A stretch of 32,000 nt of DNA, from positions 3,960,001 through 3,992,000 of the forward strand of contig NC_000964.3 in assembly GCF_000009045.1 (NCBI RefSeq), read 5' to 3'. Shown piece after piece: positions 25,351 to 32,000 of this stretch. The notes under the pieces were generated by a model. The model was not told the DNA's origin, did not search any database, and was given only the letters and a program-made list of their open reading frames with translations. The stretch comes from Bacillus subtilis subsp. subtilis str. 168. Lineage in GTDB: Bacteria > Bacillota > Bacilli > Bacillales > Bacillaceae. Within the stretch, counting starts at the first letter, position 1; each line of letters begins with the position of its first letter. A program made the translations under genes and the position numbers.

Positions 25351-26244
25351 TTATTCTGAACTTTCATTTTGCAGGCAGATAAAATAGGCAAGAAGCGCGC
25401 CTTTGTACGATTTGATATCTATCCCTGACCGCTCAATAAATTTATCAATCCGATATTGCAGGCTGTTGCGATGCAGATGCAGCTTTTTCGCTGTTAATGT
25501 GACGTTTGAGTTGTTTTCAATAAACAGCTTAATGGTCTTCCTTAGCTCAGATTCACTTCCAAATAAAAGCTCAGCTTCTTCAGAGAGCAGTGTTTCCAGT
25601 TTTTCTTTTTCTGTTTCTAATAATAGAAAAGGAAAGATCATCTCAAAGGTCACACTCTGCACCTGAGGCAGCCGTTTTTCAGCAAACAGGAAATACGCCT
25701 GTTCACGAGCGTAATGTTTTCGCAGACACTCATCCGGCTCGTAAAATCTTCCGGCGTAAAAACGGACACTGAAGTAGAAATCACTTTCAAGAACCTTAGC
25801 GAGCGATTCCAGTTCGTCCTTCTCCGCCGCCGCTTCACTTTCCTGCTCGACAATCACACCTCTGTCCTCATGGATCCACACAATCACAAAAGACACCGGC
25901 CAAAAATGGCGAACCGCTTCCGTAAAGGACGTCCTTTCTATTTTGCCGAATAAATGAAAGTGAACAAATCTCGTCCGTTTCTTTATATACGCCGGCAATT
26001 CCCCTCTGGAAAAAAGGAACGAAAACCACTTGTTTTCCTCAGGTGATTTCATAGACAGTTGATTGCCCTCATCCGCAGGCGTCAAAAATGACTGCAGCAC
26101 CAATACTTCTTTTTCACTGATCTCTGTTTTCGGAATGGAGATATATCTCTGATTGCTCTCATCAAAAAAACATAGACAGCCTTCCCTTATGCAAAGCTCC
26201 TCAGACACAATCGAACCGGGATAAATAGCCAGCAGCGATTTCAT
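25351..26244 (-). CDS. yxkF: PucR/CdaR-family transcriptional regulator (297 aa)
   Basis: The C-terminal HTH is typical of the PucR family (VTLTAKKLHLHRNSLQYRIDKFIERSGIDIKS). An SD GAGAGGAG lies 5 nt before the ATG. Confidence 0.85.
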   Translation of the reverse strand: MKSLLAIYPGSIVSEELCIREGCLCFFDESNQRYISIPKTEISEKEVLVLQSFLTPADEGNQLSMKSPEENKWFSFLFSRGELPAYIKKRTRFVHFHLFGKIERTSFTEAVRHFWPVSFVIVWIHEDRGVIVEQESEAAAEKDELESLAKVLESDFYFSVRFYAGRFYEPDECLRKHYAREQAYFLFAEKRLPQVQSVTFEMIFPFLLLETEKEKLETLLSEEAELLFGSESELRKTIKLFIENNSNVTLTAKKLHLHRNSLQYRIDKFIERSGIDIKSYKGALLAYFICLQNESSE

Positions 26245-26365
26245 AGAGTCTCCTCTCTTATGTAAGGATCTGTATATTCAGTATAAGGCGAAACACACAT
26301 GTTCTCCACTAAAAAAGAGTATATCCGGTATAGATAGACGAGAAACTGAAAGGGAAACCTCATTC

Positions 26366-26391
26366 GTTTACATATTGGCTTCAGCGGAAAT
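26366..26391 (+). promoter_or_regulatory. SigB-type promoter of aldY
   Basis: GTTTAC (26366-26371), a 14-nt spacer, then GGAAAT (26386-26391). This lies about 37 nt upstream of the aldY ATG. Confidence 0.55.
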
Positions 26392-26427
26392 AGAAGAAGA
26401 CATGCAGGACCAAAGGAGGGTCATCTT

Positions 26428-27885
26428 ATGAGTTTCGAAACGTTAAACAAAAGTTTTATCAACGGAAAATGGACTGGGGGAGAAAGCGGACGTACGGAGG
26501 ACATTTTGAATCCGTATGACCAGTCTGTGATCACAACAGCATCTTTGGCAACGGGCAAACAGCTTGAGGATGCGTTTGACATTGCACAGAAAGCCCAAAA
26601 AGAGTGGGCCAAGAGCACGACGGAAGACCGAAAAGCCGTGCTGCAAAAAGCGCGCGGCTATTTACACGAAAACCGTGATGACATCATTATGATGATCGCC
26701 CGCGAAACTGGCGGAACGATCATTAAATCAACAATCGAGCTGGAACAAACGATTGCGATTTTAGATGAAGCCATGACGTATACTGGTGAATTAGGCGGCG
26801 TCAAAGAGGTGCCATCCGACATTGAAGGGAAAACCAATAAGATTTACCGCCTTCCGCTAGGTGTCATTTCATCGATTTCTCCATTTAATTTCCCAATGAA
26901 TCTATCCATGAGATCCATTGCGCCCGCAATTGCGCTGGGTAACAGCGTTGTTCACAAGCCTGATATCCAAACTGCTATTTCCGGCGGGACCATCATTGCG
27001 AAAGCGTTTGAACACGCCGGTCTTCCTGCCGGTGTCCTTAACGTCATGCTGACGGATGTAAAGGAAATCGGGGACGGCATGCTCACCAATCCAATCCCGA
27101 GATTAATCAGCTTTACAGGGTCAACAGCAGTCGGGCGCCACATCGGTGAAATCGCCGGTCGCGCCTTCAAACGAATGGCACTTGAGCTCGGCGGCAACAA
27201 TCCATTTGCCGTTCTTTCAGATGCGGATGTCGATCGTGCTGTGGATGCCGCGATTTTCGGAAAATTTATTCACCAGGGACAAATCTGTATGATTATCAAC
27301 AGGATCATCGTTCATCAAGATGTATACGATGAGTTTGTAGAAAAATTCACCGCCCGTGTCAAACAGCTTCCGTACGGCGATCAAACCGATCCGAAAACCG
27401 TTGTCGGCCCGCTGATCAACGAGCGCCAAATCGAGAAAGCGCTGGAGATCATTGAGCAGGCAAAGACAGACGGCATTGAGCTTGCGGTTGAAGGAAAACG
27501 CGTCGGAAACGTGCTGACGCCGTACGTCTTTGTCGGTGCGGACAACAACAGCAAAATTGCCCAAACGGAGCTGTTTGCCCCAATCGCAACCATTATTAAA
27601 GCTGGCAGCGACCAGGAAGCGATTGACATGGCAAATGATACTGAATACGGCCTCAGCTCTGCGGTTTTCACTTCTGATTTAGAAAAAGGCGAAAAGTTCG
27701 CCCTGCAAATTGACAGCGGCATGACCCATGTCAACGACCAGTCCGTCAATGATTCGCCGAATATTGCCTTTGGCGGAAACAAAGCAAGCGGTGTCGGCCG
27801 TTTCGGCAATCCGTGGGTCGTCGAGGAATTTACCGTGACGAAATGGATTTCGATACAGAAGCAATACCGCAAATATCCGTTCTAA
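26428..27885 (+). CDS. aldY: NAD(P)-dependent aldehyde dehydrogenase (485 aa)
   Basis: The ALDH glutamate motif LELGGNNP and cysteine motif FIHQGQICMIINR are present. An SD AAAGGAGGG lies 7-8 nt before the ATG. Confidence 0.95.
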   Translation: MSFETLNKSFINGKWTGGESGRTEDILNPYDQSVITTASLATGKQLEDAFDIAQKAQKEWAKSTTEDRKAVLQKARGYLHENRDDIIMMIARETGGTIIKSTIELEQTIAILDEAMTYTGELGGVKEVPSDIEGKTNKIYRLPLGVISSISPFNFPMNLSMRSIAPAIALGNSVVHKPDIQTAISGGTIIAKAFEHAGLPAGVLNVMLTDVKEIGDGMLTNPIPRLISFTGSTAVGRHIGEIAGRAFKRMALELGGNNPFAVLSDADVDRAVDAAIFGKFIHQGQICMIINRIIVHQDVYDEFVEKFTARVKQLPYGDQTDPKTVVGPLINERQIEKALEIIEQAKTDGIELAVEGKRVGNVLTPYVFVGADNNSKIAQTELFAPIATIIKAGSDQEAIDMANDTEYGLSSAVFTSDLEKGEKFALQIDSGMTHVNDQSVNDSPNIAFGGNKASGVGRFGNPWVVEEFTVTKWISIQKQYRKYPF

Positions 27886-27888
27886 ATG

Positions 27889-27926
27889 AAAAAATCCCTC
27901 TGTTTCAAGTACAGAGGGATTTTTCT
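27889..27926. terminator. Bidirectional terminator shared by the convergent genes aldY and yxkD
   Basis: ATCCCTCTGT (27894-27903) pairs with ACAGAGGGAT (27911-27920), giving a 10-bp stem. It is flanked by an A-run (27889-27894) and a T-run (27921-27924). Confidence 0.85.
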
Positions 27927-28763
27927 TTATTTAGATATATCCACAAACCCTTCGCCAAACACATCGCGTACGTCATGTACGATCACAAACGCTTTTTTGT
28001 CGCAGCTTCTAATGATTTTTTTCAGCATAGACAGCTCCTGTTTGTTAATGACGATATACAAAATCTCTTTTGACTGGCCCGTATAATTTCCCTTCCCTGA
28101 TAAAATCGTCACGCCCCGATCCATCAAGGTATTTACCTGCTCTGCAATCTCACTCTTATTTTCTGAAATGACCGTAATGGCTTTTTTCGTATTCAAACCT
28201 TCAATAATGAAGTCCATCACTTTGGTACCGATATACAGCATCACGATCGTAAACATCATTTTTTCTGCACCAATAATAAAATAAGAGCTAAATACTACGA
28301 TTAAATCAAAAAACAAGAGTGCATAGCTGATATTCCAGTCTAAATATTTATTAGCAATTCTGGCCAGAATCGCGGAACCGGCCGTCGTCCCGCCGACCCG
28401 GATAATCATGCCGATCCCGACTCCGGCAAATACACCTGCGAAAATCGTATTAATGATCAATTCATCAGACGGAATGCTCCACCCATGTGTCAGATGAAGA
28501 AAAAGCGAATTTGCCGCAACCGCAATGATCGTATAAACCGTTGTTTTTCCATCAAGAAACTTGTAGCCGATTAAAAGCAAAAACGCATTTAAGATAAAGT
28601 TCGTGACACCAGGAGACCATTGAAACAGATAATACAAAATCAGCGTAATCCCAGTGACTCCGCCTTCCCCAAGATCATTGGGAATCGCAAATAAATTAAC
28701 CGCAAGCGCGAAGAAAAAAGCGCCAATCACAAGCATAAGTACATCCAGCATTCTCTTTTTCAT
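27927..28763 (-). CDS. yxkD: YitT-family integral membrane protein with a C-terminal DUF2179-like soluble domain (278 aa)
   Basis: The membrane part is internally repeated and a soluble C-terminal domain follows (KKAITVISENKSEIAEQVNTLMDRGVTILSGKGNYTG...). I moved the start from 28784 to the ATG at 28763. GTG at 28766 is an equally spaced alternative after AAAGGAG. Confidence 0.85.
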   Translation of the reverse strand: MKKRMLDVLMLVIGAFFFALAVNLFAIPNDLGEGGVTGITLILYYLFQWSPGVTNFILNAFLLLIGYKFLDGKTTVYTIIAVAANSLFLHLTHGWSIPSDELIINTIFAGVFAGVGIGMIIRVGGTTAGSAILARIANKYLDWNISYALLFFDLIVVFSSYFIIGAEKMMFTIVMLYIGTKVMDFIIEGLNTKKAITVISENKSEIAEQVNTLMDRGVTILSGKGNYTGQSKEILYIVINKQELSMLKKIIRSCDKKAFVIVHDVRDVFGEGFVDISK

Positions 28764-28802
28764 CACGAAAACACTCCTTTTCATTGTTCTGTTCTAGCAA
28801 AT

Positions 28803-28936
28803 AAAAAAACCCAGGAGAACGCTCTCGAAAAAGAGCAGAAACTCCTGGGCTTTTATCCCACCGTGTCATAACAGCCAAGCTGCTATGTGTTTTCTCTCGG
28901 TCACAGTCCAATTTGCATTGCGGAACCCTAGAAAAC
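28803..28936 (-). ncRNA. Guanidine-I riboswitch (ykkC-yxkD motif) with a terminator expression platform, controlling yxkD
   Basis: The minus strand reads TCTAGGGTTCCGCAATGCAAATTGGACTGTGACCGAGAGAAAACACATAGCAGCTTGGCTGTTATGACACGGTGGGATAAAAGCCCAGGAG. It carries the hallmark blocks CUAGGGUUCCG, (G)ACCGAGAG, ACACGG and GGGAUAAAAGCCC. A terminator follows, CCCAGGAG (28849-28842) pairing with CUCCUGGG (28817-28810), then U7. Confidence 0.9.
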
Positions 28937-28976
28937 CACTGTTTTTATCATATCCTTTTCACTTTCCAATATTAGC

Positions 28977-29005
28977 ATTATAAGGGACGGTTCGAATTGG
29001 TTCAA
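28977..29005 (-). promoter_or_regulatory. Sigma-A promoter of the riboswitch-yxkD transcript
   Basis: The minus strand reads TTGAAC (29005-29000), a 17-nt spacer, then a perfect TATAAT (28982-28977). This lies about 40 nt upstream of the aptamer. Confidence 0.6.
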
Positions 29006-29060
29006 GGGGTATTTGCGGAGTTTTCATCAGATAAGCTGGAAAAAAATACGATTTATCTAT

Positions 29061-29086
29061 TAAAAAAGAACAGATATAACCGATAA
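29061..29086 (+). promoter_or_regulatory. SigD-type (flagellar/motility sigma) promoter of yxkC
   Basis: TAAA (29061-29064), a 15-nt spacer, then CCGATAA (29080-29086). This fits the SigD consensus TAAA-N14-16-(G)CCGATAT. Confidence 0.6.
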
Positions 29087-29231
29087 GAAAAAAAGCATAT
29101 ATTTTACAAGCGAATGTAACTATAAATGATAATAATTATAAGAAATTCATAATTTTATATTGACTAAGAGAAATAATATAGGCATTATAGTACATATGTT
29201 TCGTACATTTTATTACATAGGAGGAAATATA

Positions 29232-29873
29232 ATGGCAGGAAAACTAGTACCCTGTAAAGCTTGCGGTCAAGAAATTGCAAAGGGTGTAAAAAAATGTCCT
29301 AACTGCGGTAAGGATCAACGTAACTTTTTTATGCGACATAAAATCATTACGTTTATTCTCGCAGTTGTTGTCATCATTATTATCGGTAATATGATTGGCG
29401 GCGGAGGCGGCTCAGAAGCCACTTCCAAAACATCAAGCAGCAGCAAAGCAGAAACTGAAAAAACATACAATATCGGTGATACCGTAAAAACTGAAAAAAC
29501 TGAAGTGACGGTTACGAAGGTAGAGGACAGAGATACTGTCGGTACTCAATATGTTGAAAAGAAAGCATCTGAGGGAGGTACAATTGTAGCTGTTCAATAT
29601 ACAATTAAAAACGTATCTAAAAAGCCGATTAGCTCTTTTTCAATTCCAACTGTTAAATTAGTTGATGCTGATGGTACTTCTTATGATTCTGATATTGATG
29701 CTTCTGTAAACTATGCAACTGAGACAAAAGTTGATAACTCTAAAATTTTGAGTGATCTAAATCCTAATATTAAAGTAACAGGTGTAAAAGCATTTGAAGT
29801 TGACAAGGAAGCTTATGCAAAAGGCACTTGGAAACTAAAATTCAGTAATGATGTTATTGTGAAAATCAAATAA
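29232..29873 (+). CDS. yxkC: Zinc-ribbon / single transmembrane helix / extracellular beta-rich (DUF4352-like) protein (213 aa)
   Basis: The N-terminus has CKACGQEIAKGVKKCPNCG (a CxxC-N10-CxxC zinc ribbon). A helix follows (IITFILAVVVIIIIGNMIG), then a GGGGS/Ser-rich linker and a Thr/Lys/Val-rich beta domain. I moved the start from 29160 to the ATG at 29232, after TAGGAGGAAATATA. Confidence 0.85.
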   Translation: MAGKLVPCKACGQEIAKGVKKCPNCGKDQRNFFMRHKIITFILAVVVIIIIGNMIGGGGGSEATSKTSSSSKAETEKTYNIGDTVKTEKTEVTVTKVEDRDTVGTQYVEKKASEGGTIVAVQYTIKNVSKKPISSFSIPTVKLVDADGTSYDSDIDASVNYATETKVDNSKILSDLNPNIKVTGVKAFEVDKEAYAKGTWKLKFSNDVIVKIK

Positions 29874-29878
29874 CAGCT

Positions 29879-29912
29879 AACAAGGGTGCCTGTTTAGGCA
29901 CCCTTGTTCTTT
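29879..29912 (+). terminator. yxkC terminator hairpin
   Basis: AACAAGGGTGCC (29879-29890) pairs with GGCACCCTTGTT (29897-29908), giving a 12-bp stem. Only CTTT follows, so the U-tract is short. Confidence 0.65.
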
Positions 29913-29940
29913 AAAAAAGGCCTTCTCAATTGAGAAGGCC
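29913..29940 (-). terminator. galE intrinsic terminator
   Basis: The minus-strand RNA pairs GGCCUUCUC with GAGAAGGCC (29940-29919). A U6 run follows (29918-29913). It begins 8 nt after the galE stop. Confidence 0.82.
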
Positions 29941-29947
29941 TCCATTC

Positions 29948-30967
29948 TTATTCCGCACTCTTATACCCATTCACATTAGAAGACTGCCATCTCCAGGAAT
30001 CAGCACACATTTCCTCAAGGCCGCGTTTCGCTTCCCAGCCTAGTTCTCGCTTGGCTTTCGCAGGATCTGCAAAGCATGTGGCGATGTCTCCCGGACGGCG
30101 GTCCGCAAAACGGTATGGAACCTCTTTCCCTGACACTTTTTCAAAGGCTTTGACCATTTCCAGCACGCTGTAGCCTGTGCCTGTTCCAAGGTTGTATGCA
30201 TCGGCTCCTGTAGAGTTCAATACTTTTTCCAGCGCCTTGACGTGGCCTTCTGCGAGATCAACGACGTGAATATAATCGCGTACGCCTGTCCCGTCTTTTG
30301 TCGGATAGTCATTTCCGAATACGCTTAATTGCTCGAGCTTCCCGACTGCTACCTGTGCCACATACGGCATAAGGTTATTTGGGATTCCGTTCGGGTCTTC
30401 ACCGATCCGTCCGCTTGGATGCGCGCCGAACGGGTTAAAGTAACGAAGCAGCGCAACGCTCCACTCATTGTCGGCTGTATGCAAATCACGCAATATTTGT
30501 TCAAGCATGAGCTTCGTCTGCCCATAAGGATTTGTCGCGCCTAATGGAAAGTCTTCCGTAATCGGCGATGTTTCCGGAACGCCGTATACTGTCGCAGATG
30601 AACTGAATACGATTTTCTTGACGCCGTATTTCTCCATGGCCTCGCATAAAATAAACGTTCCTGTCAAATTGTTATGATAATATTTGAGGGGAATCGCCAC
30701 AGATTCGCCGACTGCTTTTAACCCTGCAAAATGAATCACAGCTTCGATTTCATTTTCAGCAAAAACGGAATCTACCGCTTCCCGGTCCAATAAATCCGCT
30801 TCGTAGAACGTTAAATCTTTTCCTGTAATCTCCTTGACACGGTTCAGCGCTTCAGCTGAACTGTTGGACAGATTATCAAGAACAACAATCTCGTAGCCGC
30901 TGTTCAATAGTTCAACACATGTGTGGCTGCCAATGTAACCGGCACCGCCAGTAACAAGTATTGCCAT
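29948..30967 (-). CDS. galE: UDP-glucose 4-epimerase (339 aa)
   Basis: The Rossmann motif [11 protein letters not shown] and the catalytic YGQTK (YxxxK) are present, and the length is typical of GalE. An SD AGGAGGG lies 8 nt before the ATG. Confidence 0.97.
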   Translation of the reverse strand: MAILVTGGAGYIGSHTCVELLNSGYEIVVLDNLSNSSAEALNRVKEITGKDLTFYEADLLDREAVDSVFAENEIEAVIHFAGLKAVGESVAIPLKYYHNNLTGTFILCEAMEKYGVKKIVFSSSATVYGVPETSPITEDFPLGATNPYGQTKLMLEQILRDLHTADNEWSVALLRYFNPFGAHPSGRIGEDPNGIPNNLMPYVAQVAVGKLEQLSVFGNDYPTKDGTGVRDYIHVVDLAEGHVKALEKVLNSTGADAYNLGTGTGYSVLEMVKAFEKVSGKEVPYRFADRRPGDIATCFADPAKAKRELGWEAKRGLEEMCADSWRWQSSNVNGYKSAE

Positions 30968-31081
30968 GATGTAAACCCTCCTAAAAAATGACCTGTTTTC
31001 ATTATATAGTGTTTAGAACCGGTCCACATCCATTTTTAAGAAGTTTAATCGTTTATTAATAGTTTTTTCATATTTTTTAGC

Positions 31082-31588
31082 TTAAACCCTTGCCAGCAAT
31101 TCGATAGAGGTTTCAGCAAGAATGTGCTCTTTCATTTCTTGATAGAGCTCATTCAAGTAAAAGCCCGGCTGAAGATTCAGCTCAGCATCTAAAGCATAGA
31201 CCGTCAATGTATACGCATGATCCTTGTCAGGCGGTGTCGGCCCGCAATACTGGTGAATCACCTTTGGATCGTTGCTTCCCGCAAGCGGTGAAGCAAAGCT
31301 GTTTTGCCCTTGTATCATCAAGTCCTGTCTTTCCTCACTCGCATGTTCAGGAAGCTCTCCGATGTAAGCCGGAATATTAGCCGCTGTCCAGTGAATCCAG
31401 CTGAATCCGCATACGGGAATGGCGTCATGATCGATGAAAGTAAGTGCGAGCGTCTTTGCTCCGGACGGGATGTCATCAAAATGAATTGGAAAGGATACAA
31501 ATGGGTTTCCTTCTCTCTTATATTTTTCATCCGCGTATTTTGAATACTTGTCATGTAAATATGGATTTGCTTCTACGTATATGTTCAT
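31082..31588 (-). CDS. yxkA: PEBP-family (YbhB/YbcL-type phosphatidylethanolamine-binding protein-like) protein (168 aa)
   Basis: PEBP-type motifs are present: LALTFIDHDAIPVCGFSWIHWTAANIP and YCGPTPPDKDHAYTLTVYALD. Confidence 0.88.
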   Translation of the reverse strand: MNIYVEANPYLHDKYSKYADEKYKREGNPFVSFPIHFDDIPSGAKTLALTFIDHDAIPVCGFSWIHWTAANIPAYIGELPEHASEERQDLMIQGQNSFASPLAGSNDPKVIHQYCGPTPPDKDHAYTLTVYALDAELNLQPGFYLNELYQEMKEHILAETSIELLARV

Positions 31589-31717
31589 ATGAATCCCTCT
31601 CTCTATTTTCTCGTTCTATAGGTATACTAAACGAATCGATGTATAATCAGTGATAAACAAATACGCATGTAAACGTAACAATTTGTTATGGATAACTTGC
31701 AGTGAAGGAGATATTTC

Positions 31718-32000
31718 ATGGATTTAAAATGGCTGCAAACCTTTATTGCCGCAGCGGAATCAGAGAGCTTCAGGGAGGCGGCTGAGCATCTGTATCTCAC
31801 ACAGCCTGCCGTTTCTCAGCATATGAGGAAATTGGAAGATGAACTGGACATGAGGTTGTTTTTGCATAGCGGAAGACGAGTCGTACTGACTGACGAAGGC
31901 AGGCTCTTTTTGCCTTATGCCAAAGAAATGATCCATGTTTACCAAGCTGGAAAGCAGAAAGTCAGTCAATGGAAACAGGGGTACAGCCGATCACTCACGC
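31718..32000 (+). CDS. yxjO: LysR-family transcriptional regulator, N-terminal HTH part (the gene runs off the right edge)
   Basis: This ORF is absent from the track because it has no stop codon in the window. ATG at 31718 follows SD GAAGGAG with 7-nt spacing. The translation is MDLKWLQTFIAAAESESFREAAEHLYLTQPAVSQHMRKLEDELDMRLFLHSGRRVVLTDEGRLFLPYAKE..., a classic LysR HTH. Confidence 0.88.
   Translation, partial: MDLKWLQTFIAAAESESFREAAEHLYLTQPAVSQHMRKLEDELDMRLFLHSGRRVVLTDEGRLFLPYAKEMIHVYQAGKQKVSQWKQGYSRSLT

Noticed and set aside
27381-27872. A 163-aa minus-strand ORF, plus 27217-27564 and 26952-27200, antisense to aldY.
   Set aside because: aldY carries both ALDH catalytic motifs in the plus frame. 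The antisense ORFs have no SD or promoter and no recognisable domain.
1-32000. A search by eye for CRISPR arrays, IS elements or transposases, integrases, prophage genes, tRNA/rRNA genes and long direct repeats.
   Set aside because: None were found. Every ORF longer than 200 aa has a housekeeping or accessory metabolic assignment, and no spaced repeat arrays or terminal inverted repeats were seen. Short or degenerate repeats could be missed without a computational self-alignment (dot plot).

Overview
From protein sequences and gene order, recalled from memory with no database search, this window is the Bacillus subtilis 168-type chromosomal segment licA'-licC-licB-licR-yxzF-yxlJ-katX-yxlH-yxlG-yxlF-yxlE-yxlD-yxlC-sigY-yxlA-yxkO-cydD-cydC-cydB-cydA-cimH-yxkI-yxzE-yxkH-msmX-yxkF-aldY-yxkD-yxkC-galE-yxkA-yxjO'. 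I support 32 protein-coding genes, two of them cut by the window edges. yxjO is missing from the ORF track because it has no stop codon in the window. There is one cis-regulatory RNA, the ykkC-yxkD type guanidine-I riboswitch in front of yxkD. There are also about a dozen intrinsic terminators and several promoter or operator motifs: a SigY autoregulatory promoter, SigB-type promoters for katX and aldY, a SigD-type promoter for yxkC, cre boxes at licB and msmX, and three Rex-type operators in the cydA leader. Ten ORF-track starts were moved to internal start codons with proper Shine-Dalgarno spacing (licA is not in the track and is called de novo); several of these are GTG or TTG. I see no rRNA, tRNA, CRISPR array, transposase, integrase or phage genes, so this looks like ordinary chromosome, not a mobile island. 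I found no clear-cut undescribed multi-gene system. The candidates most worth a second look are: (1) the sigY-yxlCDEFG module, whose signal is unknown; (2) the yxkI-yxzE pair, an extended M48 membrane protease followed, with no terminator between them, by a tiny membrane peptide with a Gly/Ser/Asp/His/Cys tail; (3) a Rex/Fnr-like palindrome just upstream of cimH; (4) the guanidine riboswitch controlling a YitT-family protein of unknown role; (5) the AT-rich yxkC locus; (6) the yxlH/yxlG convergent pair, whose stop codons overlap with no terminator. All coordinates were hand-derived from the printed sequence.
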